Below, one piece after another: positions 39,982 to 53,538 of a stretch of 64,000 nucleotides of DNA (position 1 is the stretch's first letter; each line of letters opens with the position of its first letter). Source of the DNA: Octopus sinensis (taxonomy: Eukaryota). Position numbers and translations under genes: made by a program. Under the pieces are notes generated by a model, which was not told the DNA's origin, searched no databases, and saw only the letters and a program-made list of their open reading frames with translations. The DNA is taken from positions 33,356,001 through 33,420,000 of the forward strand of contig NC_043017.1 in the NCBI RefSeq assembly GCF_006345805.1. The letters run 5' to 3'.

Positions 39982-42314
39982 TAAACAAAATTAAAGAAGG
40001 CTGCACAGGGAACTAAAACTCTGAAATTTATAAAACTTACAAATGATTCGATGATATACCTGGTTACACAATGTAACTCGAGAAAGACAACTATATAAAG
40101 TACAGCGAAGCGTTGATAAATGCAATAAAGGAACACTGTCGAGGGAATATTCAGTAGTAAGATGTCCGACTTCTATTCTCCCTGGAATTAATAAATGGAT
40201 TGTTCGATTGGAACTGGTCAACGAAAAATGTGTATTTGTCAAAGACAGAAGGAAATCATGGCAGAATTCTTGTGTGAAGCTGTTGATTACTTCAGGATGT
40301 GGACATTACCAGAGAAGCAAAACGGGACCAGCATTTCCGTGACGCGATGGATTGTATGGGGACCTCTTAACAATACATAAGTTTATTGCAAGACAGTCAG
40401 GTCCTGCAATAAACTTATCTATTGTTAAGGGATATGGTACTACAGACTCTAATCAACAGTTATCCCTGTACCTGAACATAAAGGATTACAGATGTTGACT
40501 AAACTGTAGTCTGAAATAATTTGCAATGGTCCCCTCATAAATTCTCTGGATATCATTCGGTAGAGTTAGTGTTGGGTTACATATAGCAGCTTGAAAACAG
40601 TTTTAAGTATTTATAAGTTTAATATCTGAAATCGTTACTTCATATTTGTTGTTTTACATTAAGTTGTACTTTATTAAGTAATTCTATGGGCAACATTTAT
40701 ATCAAGCCATCTTCTCTCCATGCCAAGCATAACTCAAGCATAACCAAGACTACATTATCCAACGTCTCAAGAGAGCAGTAGGGTGTTATTCAGGAATGAT
40801 ACGCCTGTTTGTTGCTGATGTGTTGCTGCCATTTAGCCTGAGAGAAGCCTTGAATAACAAGACCCCTAAGTGTGGCGTTCTTGCTGTTTTAGGGCTATAC
40901 AGTCTTTCGTATTTTCTAAATGGGAAGGGTGACATTTGAGTGATATGCAGAGACTATTACTCCTTTGTTGATTCATCTCTTGAGTGACAACGAACTTCAA
41001 ACCCGAGTAATCCAATAAATAAATCTAAAAACCCAGTTTTTTTCTGCAGTGAGAAATCGAAACTGTTTTCATTGTTGTCATCATTCTTAGGTTTGAACCA
41101 GCTATTGGAAATCTATAACTTTTGGAAGAATTTCAAATTCTATTCACTACATGAAAAACCGATATGGACATAATGTAATGTTTACATATCGCATATTATA
41201 TATTATATAAGAGAAACGCAACGATCCAACAGTTTAATAGAGAAAATAATGCAGTTTTGTTATAGCTGACTTATTAAGATTAATATATTTGAATCATTAG
41301 TATTCTTTCTCCCTTCAGTCTCTGTTAGATGCATCGTGATGCTTGCTTTAGCTGAGATCTTCAGAAACATTTCTTTCATTGGCCAAAAAAATAAATTGGG
41401 AACGGGGTGGCTTTTCTTCGTAAGAGTGATGTTAATTATATAAAACCGGTTTACTAATATAGCAAAAAGCTTTGTTAAGACTTGAATATTGTGTTAATAG
41501 AAAATTGACAACTTTTTAGTTCATCAGAAAACTCACTTGCAATATGACAATGCATGCCTACTGCTTTATTATTGGGATTACGAATGCGAAGATAAAAAAG
41601 AACTCGAAGAGCTTCCTTGAGGATAAAAACTGTATTCTCCCTTTTATCCAGATTTCTTTTCTTCCGATCATTATCTTTACATGAAGCTATAAAAATAACT
41701 TTAGGAAAAATGCTATATTTCTTTTCATTATTTAAAAAGATACGCAATGACATATCCTTTTGTATGCAGTTCCCTTGAAAGCCACCTGTATTCGGAACAT
41801 AGCAGTGGAAAGCCCTTGAGCCACGAATAGGCTGTGATAACTAGTAAAAGATAAAAATGCATTTAGAAATATAAGAGTTGAGCTTTTCTTTTTGTGTCGT
41901 TTTAAATTTGATGGGAAAACCACATTACTTATAGGATAACGTGATGAAAGTAAAATTGTGTGGAAAGCAAAAATAAACCTACTGCGAAGGAAATACCAAA
42001 TTTGCTTCATTTATATTCATCATGTTATTACAGAGTTTTAACTTTGAATTTCTTTTCTTTTCTGTTTTTTTTTTTTTTTTGGTTACTTTTTGTGCACTGA
42101 TGTTCTCTTGTGAATGATACTGAGAAAATTTGACAATTGAGCCGTTGTTTTATATTCTACAAATATATTCAATAGCAGGATGTTGTTGAATGGAAAGACA
42201 GGATAAAGGGAAATTAAGAGAATGATTGGTGGAGAGAAAAAGATATTACTCGTAAAAAGATGAAATGAAAAGGCAGCCAGGTGCTTCACATGCATGTATG
42301 TATGTCTGTATGTA

Positions 42315-42378
<64 letters not shown>

Positions 42379-42380
42379 TA

Positions 42381-42782
42381 CTCTTTTACTTGTTTCAGTC
42401 ATTTGATTGCTGCGGCCATGCTGGAGCACCGCCTTTAGTCGAGCAACTCGACCCCAGGACTTATTATTTTGTAAGCCCAGTACTTATTCTATCGGTCGCT
42501 TTTGCCGAACCGCTAAGTGACGGAGACATAAACACACCAGCATCGGTTGTCAAGCAATGCTAGGGGGACAAACACAGACACACAAACATACATGCACATA
42601 CATATATATACATATATACGACGGGCTTCTTTCAGTTTCCGTCTACCAAATCCACTCACAAGGCTTTGGTCGGCCCGAGGCTATAGTAGAAGACATTTGC
42701 CCAAGGTGCCACGCAGTGGGACTGAACCCCGAACCATGTGGTTGGTAAGCAAGCTACTTACCACACAGCCACTCCTGCGCCT
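42381..42782 (-). mobile_element. SINE family A
   Basis: Full reverse copy between (TA)n tracts. Confidence 0.88.
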
Positions 42783-42923
42783 ATTTATATACATACATAC
42801 ATACACATACACACACATACATATATGTGTGTGTGCGGGTATATATATATATGTATGATATGTATGTATATATTCATATGCATATATGTGTATGTGTATA
42901 TATATATATATATGTGTATATAT

Positions 42924-42969
<46 letters not shown>

Positions 42970-43153
42970 ATATGTAAATTAATAGTTAACGCCATACTAA
43001 TATGGCAGTCTTATAAATATAAGATTAAAGCTGTCGCTGATTAGCTCCAAGAGGCCACCGCCTCAAGCTAGCTATTTGACACACAACCTGCGTCCATTAC
43101 AAACCTTCGAACAAGGGAGGTCAGCCGCTTCATATGTATGTATATATGTATAT

Positions 43154-43195
<42 letters not shown>

Positions 43196-43429
43196 GGGTA
43201 TGGGGGTAGGATATTTCCTACGTATATTTTCTATTTACTAAATAGGAAATATATGCAGTAGATATCATATTCCCATACCCATAACTAAATAGGAGTCCAA
43301 ATACTTAAATTTACTTTGGGAGATTTGCCTTCGGTTGATTTATATAGTTACCAGCAGTGTATTTTGGATATTTAAATAAGAGTTTTGACTGTTATTTCCA
43401 GGAGGTAGACGTGCTTAGTATGTCCTTTG

Positions 43430-43469
<40 letters not shown>

Positions 43470-43656
43470 AGTAGTTGAATGAATTATCCTAGTATGGATA
43501 ATTCGGTTAACCGATACCCGGGTAGCAAATTTACGTCAGAGAGCACGGTTGAAGCTATATGCCAAGGGCAGAAATCACGTGCTTTCGTGTGGAAATTTGT
43601 GTGTTCTTTTACTATAGATAAATGAAAGAATGGAGTCGACTCCATTCTTTCATTTA

Positions 43657-43723
<67 letters not shown>

Positions 43724-44099
43724 TTCACCAAAAATTAATTTGCGAAGGTGTCATTAATTCTGTGAATTATTTTTCTCGTAAAATGTATCAAGTTTATTTT
43801 ACACGAGTGGCTGCGAATCAGTTGCAGCACAGACTTCAAAACGATGGTTTGGGAATCTCTAACCATGGTAACGCGTGCTAAAGAAGATAAGGCTAATGTT
43901 GCCAGTTCAGAAACCGGTCTACGTGAGTCCAGATACTTAAATCTATGTTAGTAGATTGTCTTAACCTGATTTTGCTTTCGTTTGATTTCTGTAGTGATCA
44001 TCAGTGTGTTTTTGGGCTATTTAATAAGAGTTTTGACTGTTATTTTAAGCATGTAGACGTGCTTAGTATGTCCCTTTGATTAATTTTGATATGTGTGTG

Positions 44100-44159
<60 letters not shown>

Positions 44160-44689
44160 AAATTGCACTAATTGGCGATCAATCAACTCCGAGAATATTT
44201 TCGCACAGCAAAATTCAATTGACAGTACAAAACGACAAACTGATTAGTAATTGAACGTGGAAATTCGGGTGAGAAATATCGAAAACTTTAGCTAACACTT
44301 TCTTATATAAGACAAAAAAATGGGCGATATGTTTCAACTTTTGCGTGACTCACTTGATTTGCCACGTACATGCCCATCATTTATTCTTTAATTCCTTTTC
44401 ATGAAGGAATATTAATATCAACATTTCAAATTACGAGTTATCTTTTTTTTTATCAGCAATCATAATTGAACGATATTTTGGCAAATTCTTCTTATCATTT
44501 TTACGAATTTTACAGATCGAATTCATCGGTTACATTCTTAAAATAAGCACTATTTGGTCGGTTCTGGTAGCTTATTCATCCACAAATTTTGCTTCTTTGT
44601 CAGTCAATATCACATATTGCCAAACCCTATACTGCATTTGAAGTTTTCCGGTTTGCATTCCATTACAGATTTTCGATAGGATGCCTCAA

Positions 44690-46871
44690 AATAGCAAGAA
44701 TCACATTGGCAGAAAAAACAAAAAAAAAAATGCTTCCGTTTTGCGTTCCTTCCGGGCAATCGAGACAGATGAACGATGTGTGCTTCAGCGTGCTTGCAAC
44801 GCTGTTTCTACTGCAGTCACCAGAACATCACAGACAGCTCAACAAGCAGAACTCCGGCGTGCTTGCGATGCAGCCTCTACTTCAAATAGCCGTCATTTAG
44901 AGACTGTTGAACAAAGGGCCACAAGGTTTGGGGCTGATTCTCAACGTAAAATACGTTCTCATGTCTTTTCGAGAGTTTCTTCCTGTTGCTGGTCTAACAA
45001 GGCATTTCACTACATCTACCATAAGGACTACGCATCACACCCACATATCATTGGCAACCTCTCTACAGTTTGAGACTATTGTAATGCAATGAGGTAGCCC
45101 GCAGAATCTACCGGTATATGCTGCTCCAATGGAACGGCTAGCTTGCCTCATTTACAAGTCGGTGCCGAACATTTGAAGTCCTTGCTGTTCGGAGACCATC
45201 CAGATTCTAAAGACTTTCTTCGAATATAAGAGCCTGCAATTCCGTTCTCCAAATGACAAGTTTTGGTCATACACCAATAAGAGATGGAAATTATATGCCC
45301 ACCTTCAAAGTACAAGGCCAAATTTACCACCAAATTGGCTCCCTTATTCCACAAGATGGCGATGAAAACAGCTTTCTCAAGATTTACTTTATGGGGAATG
45401 GATCTGAGGAAATTGCATGAAGAGCTACAATTGCTACAGGAACAAGACCATCTACCCCTACGTAACTATTTTCAAAACTGCTCTTCAGGGTAGAGATGCT
45501 AACTCCAATCAGTTTAAAGTTGTCATTCGAGGTGACCGCGCTCCGCCAGGGTAGCATCAGGGTTGCTTTAACAAACCCCAATCCAACGATGTTGCGGAGC
45601 TTATAACAGGTCCCAGTGAGTGTGCTTCAAACCGTGATATTGTTCTCGAATGGTAAGACACGTGCCTTCAAAAAATAAATGAACTTCATCCTGTGTATGA
45701 TGCCCTCCAATATCCATTACTGTTCCTCTATGGCGACGATGGCCACCACATTGACTTGCCAAAGTTTAATACGGAAATGTAAATGCATCTGGAACCGTGG
45801 AAAACCATTTCACAAATGGAATTTTATGCATTCCAGCTTATGGTTCGCAACAACGGCATCAACATTCTTCATAGAACACGGATGCTCCTCCATCAATTCT
45901 GTGCAGACGTATTTGCTAAGGTAGATATTTCTGATTTAATGATTTCTTTCAGAAAATTTCCTTAGCCAAGTCACTAACTATTTACTCCACGCGTTTCTTC
46001 CCTTTGGAGATTGACACCGAATACCTCCAATGGATAAGACACCATCAAAAGGAATAGCGTACGGAAGAATATGGCAAACTTCGTGACGAAGTGAACCGAA
46101 ATGATCAGGTTGTTGCTTCGAATATTGGAGGTTCTGTCATTCTCCCATCATCATACACTAGAGGCCCCCGGTGCATGCATGAAAAAATGCAGGACGCTCT
46201 CGCGTATGTCCATCACTGTGGCCGTCCAGATTTTTTCATTACCTTCAATTGTAATCCAAAATGGGTTGACATCCAGTCTCACTTACTTCATGGCCAAAAT
46301 CCCCCAGATAGGCATGATATCACATCTAGAGTGCTTCATCTGAAGCTAATGAAAATGATGGGCGTTATAAAACACGGGTATATTTTTGGACCATTAAGAT
46401 GCTTCATGTACACCGTAGAATGTCAGAAGTGAGGAGTCCATCATGCCCATATCCTCCTCTGGATTCAAAACAAACTCATGTCAACGGATATCGACTCCGT
46501 TATCAGTGCTGACCTGCCAAATACCCAAGAAGACCCAGTCCTTTTTGAAATCATAAAAACCAGCATGATCCATGTGAACAACTAAATCCATGTTAGAACA
46601 ATGGAAGGTGTACAAGGCGTTACCCAGATAAAGTAATTCATGATACCCAGACTGGTTACGACGGCTATCCTTTATACTGTCGCAGGGCAACACAGGAGGG
46701 TGCACATACAGCAACAATAAAAACGGTTGGTGGTCAAGAATTGAATGTCGACAACAGATTGGTGGTGCCACATAATAAGGTGCTTCATAAAATGTTTTCG
46801 ACCCACATTAACGTTGAATTCTGCAATTCTGTCAAATTAATTCAATACATCTGCTAGTATGTACATAAGGG
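44690..46871 (+). pseudogene. Helitron RepHel gene, Rep (HUH) half only, decayed
   Basis: Conceptual translation across frames gives Helitron motifs: QIYHQIGSLIP, RDIVL, YDALQYPLLF, FYAFQLMVR, VILPSSYTRGPRCM..QDALAYV..GRPDFFITFNCNPKW, YTVECQK*GVHHAHILLWI (HUH), DGYPLYCRR, VDNRLVVPHN, HINVEFCNSVKLIQYIC*YVHKG. It has stops and frameshifts and ends at the GATA array; no helicase half is seen. Confidence 0.9.
45921..46009 (+). other. Phase-0 spliceosomal intron (89 bp) in the Helitron Rep gene
   Basis: GT donor (AAG|GTAGAT), branch-like TCACTAAC at 45971-45978, pyrimidine tract and AG. Removal joins ...DVFAK to IDTEYLQWIRHHQ... in frame with ORF 46091. Confidence 0.75.
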
Positions 46872-46917
<46 letters not shown>

Positions 46918-46918
46918 T

Positions 46919-46986
<68 letters not shown>

Positions 46987-46994
46987 CAGATAGT

Positions 46995-47041
<47 letters not shown>

Positions 47042-47062
47042 GTAGGTAGGTAGGTAGGTAGG

Positions 47063-47120
<58 letters not shown>

Positions 47121-47256
47121 GATAGATAGATAGATAGACAGATAGATAGATAGATAGATAGATAGACAAATAGATAGATAGATAGATAGACAAATAGATA
47201 GATAGATAGATAGATAGATAGACAGATAGATAGATAGATAGATATAGATAGATAGT

Positions 47257-47290
<34 letters not shown>
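46872..47290 (+). repeat. (GATA)n tetranucleotide array at the 3' junction of the long Tx1
   Basis: Read directly; contains GGTA, GACA and GTTA variant units. Confidence 0.98.
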
Positions 47291-47291
<1 letters not shown>

Positions 47292-47667
47292 CTTTTTATT
47301 GTAGCCACACAGGGCTAAACACAGAATAAAAATGGACGAAATACAATGTAGAATTTTTTCTTTTCGAGGTGGGATGGGTGGGGCAAAAAAAAAGAAAAAA
47401 AAAAAAAAAAAAAACCTTGATCAATAGAGATCTGTGGGTTGTGTGGTGTATAAAAAAGCACTATATATATATATATAAGGTTCACAGTTTAGGTGTAGCC
47501 TTGGAAAGAAAAACCTACAAAAAAGACCAAGGTCACCTCAGACAGTTCGAAAAAGAACACATGAGTAAGTCGCCTTACTTCTCGTTGTCTCTTTTGGTTA
47601 CAGATTTATGCTTAAAATAGTGTCGTCTTTCATACTGACCATTTTTGCCACTTTTACCCACTTTTTA

Positions 47668-50600
47668 TTAAAACATTCGTTCGACAAAGCCTTCCTCTCT
47701 ATTCTCATCCTCCTTTTCAAGTGGTACTTGAAAAAGTTGACGAGAGACTGACCAGAGAGGAATGTTTGTTTGTAGTCCTTTCAAACGCGTCCACCACACA
47801 CATTCTTTCGCCATAGCCATCAGCGTAACGAAAACCGTTTTCCCTTCCCGTTTAAAGGAAGGTGGTGGAACAATATTCACGATAGACTCGGCCGATAGGC
47901 GAGCCTGACCTACACGTGACAACAGCTGTTCGACGAAGGACCACAGCTCTGAAATATCTGGACACTGCACGAGTGCGTGCAGAACGGTTTCGTCGCTCTG
48001 ACCGCATCTCGGGCAGGTCGGTCCGGTGATGGTTTTCGAACCGTGTCTGTAGCTCTTCTCTCGAACAGGTAGTGCGTCTCGATAGCACTGCCAAGCCAGG
48101 ATTTCTGGAAGTTATCCATAGGCCCCGGCCCGAACGTCGTCCTGAACAGGCGGGTTAGGAATTCCTCGTCGACGCCCAGGTTTGCCCCGAGTGTGTCGTC
48201 GGACCTCCCCTCCACTAGTCCTCTATAGAACGCTTTAGTCGTTTGGAAGTTGCACAAGTTTGACCCCGGTCGGCAGAGCTGCTGTAGAGCTTGGCGACAC
48301 TCTCGGTGCCAATCGCCCAGTTTCGGTCTCTTTTTGATCCACGTTTGCAGTTCGGTCAGTGAGACGAGCTGCGGGAAGTCGCGCCTCACAAACGGCGCCC
48401 ACACACCTGTTCACCGTCGTCGATGAATTTCCAGAGATGTCGCAGTCTCAGCGCATGCCTGCGCATCATCAACCACGGCATGCCCAGTCCTCCATTCAAC
48501 GGATGTTGACAGCAAATGGACTTCCTCACCATCGGAACGCCACCCTTCCACAGGAAGCGGAAGAGTATGCGTTCCAGTTTGGTGATGGTGGCGTCGGGAC
48601 AAGGTACGACGGTCAGGCGGTAATCGATGACGGATGCGATGTACGCGTTCGCCACCTCCGCCCGGCCTTTTAGAGACAGCTTTCTCTCGGCCCATTTTTG
48701 GCTGAGAGCGACCACTCTACTCGTGATCTCGTCCCAGTTCTTATCCATTTGGAGGTCCGGACTGAACCAGACCCCGAGCAATTTAACCGGTCCGTCCGTC
48801 CAGCGTCCCACTACTGAGCCGCAGTCGGACGGCATGGGCTTGCTTCTCCAGGTGCCGAGTAGCAAACCCACTGACTTTTCCGGGTTAATCTTTGCTCCCG
48901 TCACCGTTTCATATTTTCTTAGTGTTTCGCCGACCAGCTCGATGTGCTGGTAGCTCGACACTATGACGGTGACATCGTCCGCATATGCCGACACGCTCGT
49001 CCCGCAACCTAGTTCCCGTGGGATGCCCCTCAGTGTCGCCAGCTTCCGCAGTAGCGGCTCGAGAGTCAATACATACAGAAGCGCCGACAGGGGACACCCC
49101 TGACGGACCGAACGCGTGATGTCAAACGGTTTAGACAGGTGACCGTTCACCCGAATCACCGATCGGATGCCGCTATACAAGGCAGCGATCCAACCGCGGA
49201 AGACGGGACCGAAGCCAGCCGCCCTGAGGACGGCCGCCAAGTACCGATGGTCGACCCTATCGAAGGCTTTAGACTGATCCAAATTTATCAGCGCCCCACC
49301 CATGCCAGGATCCTTAACTACCCTGTCCACAATGTAGCGCATCAGATGGAGGTTGTCATGTATGGTTCTGCCCGGCACGGCGCATGTTTGCGCCCTGTCG
49401 ACCAGTTTACCAATGACAAGCGCCAACCTCTCGGCTATTACTTTGGCCAAAATTTTCAAATCTGCGTTGAGCAGAGTGATGGGCCTGAAATTATCTATAA
49501 AATTCCCCTTGTTTGAGTCTTTCTTCCAGCAACGTCACTGCACCTCGGCTCACGAAACCGGGGATTCTCCCGTTTTGTTGCCAGTTGCAGTAGACTGATG
49601 CCAAGAGGTCGCCAAACAAGTCTGGCATTCGACAATACAGCTCGTAGGGTAAACCATCCAATCCAGGCGACTTATCCCTCGCGCAGCCCGCCATCGCATC
49701 CCACACGTCAGCGGCTGTGATGGGACTTTCACAACACTCCGCCTCTCTTGCCGAGAGCCGCGGCAGGTCGGTCAGGTAGGCACTGAAATCCATCCCTCGT
49801 TCCGACCCACCACTCGCACCAAACAGTCGAGCAAAGTGCTGTTGAAAGGCCTCACACATCCTTTCGGGTTCGAGTAAACTGCATCCCTGTTGATCTATTA
49901 GAGACCGAATGGTTGATCTGTTGCCACGCTGCGCCTCCGCTACCCGGCCTCTCGCGCAGCTTCAATCCCTTCGTTCCTTAAGGCACGCATTTTAGCTCTG
50001 ACGACGCAACCTTCGTGCTTGGCGTTGAGGTGTTGGTCGAGGGCCATCCTCGCAGCTAGCACGTTGGTTGCGCTGCCAGTGGTAAGTGCCTCTTCTAGTT
50101 TCTTAACTAAGTCTCCCTCTACTCTATTTCGTTCTATCGCTAATTCCTTGCTAAACCTAATTGATTCCGATTTTATTGCCATTTTCAGGGCGTACCACCA
50201 GCGGTTGTTAACGACCGCTCCCGTCAGCGCCCTTTAATTAACTAACTCGCTAATCCGGTTCCTGTAAACCTGTCGCGCTAACAGCGACGTGTTCAGTTTC
50301 CAGTAACCGGGACCCTGCCTATGTGTTTTATCTAAGTCGAGCGTACACGTAACAAATTTGTGATCTGTGTAGCTGACTATTTTAAATTGTGGACATCCTA
50401 CACTATCCCTATCCGCTGTCCTGCATAGAATTCTATCTGATCCGACGCGGTTTGTCCAAGTCCACGTTGGCACGTTCGGATGGTCGAGTCGGAACCTGTC
50501 AGACAAATGGAAACGTCTGAGCAGGTCTTTGAGGCTCTTACACCCCCTTCTATTCCTATCCCTTCCCACATAATCTAGATGCGTGTCCAAGGTAGCGTTC

Positions 50601-51034
50601 CAATCCCCTACTAACAGTAAAGGTCTAGACGTACCCAGGAAAACCTCTAGACGTCTGAAGAAATCCGCCCGACCCGTTAAGGACGGTGCATAAACTGCCA
50701 TCAGATGGAATGCACACCCATTTCTGCCATCCACGTCCAAGACAACCAGCCTACCCTCCGGGTCTAGGAATATTGCTCTTACTTTTACCTTTAGACTCTT
50801 TCGAAAAAGCACCGCAGTACCTCCACCACCCATGTTCGGCAGACAGGGAGAAAAATAAATGTCAAATTGATTGCCAAACATGGACTCGAGGGCCCGCGGC
50901 TTACTGAGTCTGGTTTCACTGATAGCTACTATATCCACGTCCAGTGACTTGATGTCGTTTAGAAGGTAACCTTGCTTCCAAGCCGACGCCAAGCCACGCG
51001 CATTCACACAACCTAATTTAAGCATACTTGACAT
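47668..51034 (-). pseudogene. Tx1 ORF2, APE endonuclease + reverse transcriptase + zf-RVT, split by about 5 frameshifts
   Basis: APE motifs in 50234-51034 (CVNARGL, ISETRL, VGDWNATLD, DRIL, TDHKFV, WKLNTSLL). RT motifs in 48386-49459 (NFRPITLLNADLK, LDQSKAFDRVDH, QGCPLS, YADD). C-terminal CxxC-(x)n-H-(x)3-C zinc finger near 47960-48020. Confidence 0.93.
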
Positions 51035-51243
51035 TTACGAAAATTGTGTTTTACACACTATATTAGAAGAGACAAGAGGCAAGAAGTGAGGTCACTTACT
51101 CATTTTAAAAGTTTCATTTTTTTCTTCTTCTTCTTTTGTATCGTTTTTGATGAGGTGTTTGTATAGTTTTTTCGACAGGTATCGTTGATACCCGCCTACC
51201 GCATTCGGAAATAATGTTTTCAGTATGTGGTGTTGTGCTTGTG

Positions 51244-52976
51244 TTATGTGTAAAATTCTGATGTGTTTCGGTGGTGTGGGTGCGGATGATTGTTTGTCTT
51301 AAAATCATCTTCACAGACGACCATGTTAGATTTGATGTAGTCCATTAATTCTTTATTGTCTGTGTCTATTGCAGTTAGTTGTGTGTGTGGTTTTACGGGT
51401 TCATTACTTTTTTGATTGTCTAGGGGAATGTTGTCCTGAGTGAGATATCTCCCTGCTTTAATTCCTTGTTTGGTGGATTTTTTGGATCTTTTTCTTTTAC
51501 CCCCTGTGGCTATTTGCCATTCCGTCGAACTTTCGTCGTCCGAGGTATCAGTATGGGGTAGAGGAAAAAGAACAGGATCACTATGTATGCTTGTATAAAT
51601 TGTTGATGTTTTGTGCGGTGTTTTTGTTGTTGTGGTGTTAGGGGTAGCATTTGTCTTCTCGTCAGTGTTTTCTGTCTTTTTAATTGTCGTCCTGGGTGTG
51701 GGTGTGGGTCGATTTTTTGAAGATTCAACAAGTTTAATTGGTTGTGACGTCAACGGTGATTGTGTTGGTACTGTTTTTCTTGGTGATGTTGTTGGGGTTG
51801 TTTGCTGGTTTGTTGTTTTTCTTGGCGTTGTTCCATAATTGAGTGTGTTGGTGTTGGTGTTGGCAACAAAGGGATTTTATTTGTTTTCTGAAGTGTTCTT
51901 TCTTGTTTTTTCTGTACCAGATCGCACTTGGCAATCAAATGTTCGGGGCTGCCACATTTGTAGCATCTAGGCTTTTTGCCTTCTGCCATAACATATAGGC
52001 ATTGCCCATTCTCCAAGTATATCTTGTCGGGTAGGCTCTCGATAGAGGCCCCCTCAATCTGGATGGTCACAACTACTGTTTTTCCACCCCAATTGTCGTT
52101 TAGGTACACGGCTGTTTCTAGAATATTGATCTTTTTCAAGTGGTAACAGATTGCCCCTGTTATCCATTTGTTCGGCATATCGGGGGGTACATTTCTGATA
52201 GTAATTCTACACACCCTCTGGTTTTTATAATAAGGGACCATGATGATTTCATCATTTCCCAGAGACTCAGTAGAGTGAGCTTTTGCCACTTCCTGGTTAG
52301 GGAAGCGGACCACTACTGTGTTAAACTGTGGACCCCAGTTTATATACTCTTTTTCTTTCATTATATTTTTTAAACATTTCTCCACATCAGTTTTTGTAAT
52401 CTGTTCATTTGGTTTTTTGTTTTTTCTAATAATTTTATATACAATTGTCTTATTTTCTATTTCTTGTTTTACATGTTGAGGTGTATGCAGGACTAAATCT
52501 TGTCCACGGGTTGTAAAGAGAGCTCTTGTTTCTATGAGCTCTTCATTTGTGAATGTAACAATCTCCTTTTTCTGGCGAAGAATATCTGCGAAATTTACTG
52601 TTGTTGACTTTTTTATATTAGCATCTTCACTATTAGATAGTTCATTTTTATTGTTGTTCTTGTTGTTGCTGTTGTTTTTGTCAATAGTTTTCGTTTCAGT
52701 TTTATTTTTATCATTTATGTTGGTCGTGGTAGTGGTGGTGGTGGTGGTGGAGGTGGTGGTGGTAGCAGTTGTTGTCTCGTGGTTGCTGTTGTTAGTGGTG
52801 GTGGTGGCGGTGGTGACAGGGCTGTTAACGCACGTGGTTGCAGCGTTCCTTTCACCGAATTTCACGTTGGCATTTTCCGTGCGAACGTTCTTTTTTTTCT
52901 CTGTCGTTTCCAGACTAGGAAAATGTTGTTCCAAAAAAGAACGCGACCAGCGTTCAACAATAAAATTTCTAGACAT
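51244..52976 (-). pseudogene. Tx1 ORF1, gag-like nucleic-acid-binding protein (at least one frameshift near 51750-51900)
   Basis: 408-aa ORF with RRM-like segments (FNTVVVRF, RITIRNVPPDM) and a CX2CX4HX4C knuckle (CYKCGSPEHLIAKC). It continues in a second frame as a T/P/K-rich tail (51244-51753). Confidence 0.82.
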
Positions 52977-53176
52977 TTTCTAATGTCGAGAAGAAAATAA
53001 CAGAAATGAAATGGGGTCGAAACTGCCCCTAGGGGCGAATTCCTCCCTTGGAAAAGCACTCAAATGAAAGTTGGTTGCCTTACACACCTTATTTGCAAAA
53101 ATCTACACAAAAATTGGCCTATAAATAGTCAAAATAAATGATTACCTTCGGAGCTGAAACGACATCACATCCGTCA

Positions 53177-53222
53177 ATAGATAGATAGATAGATAGATAG
53201 ATAGTTAGATAGATAGATAGAT

Positions 53223-53319
<97 letters not shown>

Positions 53320-53327
53320 CAAATAGC

Positions 53328-53377
<50 letters not shown>

Positions 53378-53378
53378 T

Positions 53379-53418
<40 letters not shown>

Positions 53419-53447
53419 TTAGATAGATAGATAGATAGATAGATAGT

Positions 53448-53480
<33 letters not shown>

Positions 53481-53481
53481 G

Positions 53482-53513
<32 letters not shown>

Positions 53514-53533
53514 TATAGATAGATAGATAGATA
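53177..53533 (+). repeat. (GATA)n array between the two Tx1 copies
   Basis: Read directly. Confidence 0.98.
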
Positions 53534-53538
53534 CATAT

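Larger units (their letters stand above)
47291..53176 (-). mobile_element. Near full-length Tx1-clade (L1 group) non-LTR retrotransposon, frameshifted
   Basis: ORF1 (CCHC knuckle) followed by ORF2 (APE endonuclease, RT, C-terminal zinc finger). The 3' UTR ends in AATAAA (47295-47300, minus) directly before (TATC)n. The 5' end abuts (TATC)n at about 53177. Confidence 0.92.

Noticed and set aside
39991-40460. Possible RT or Penelope remnant
   Set aside because: No diagnostic motif could be read in any frame.
48359-53000. Plus-strand ORFs over the Tx1 element
   Set aside because: Antisense shadows of GC-rich coding or triplet-rich sequence.
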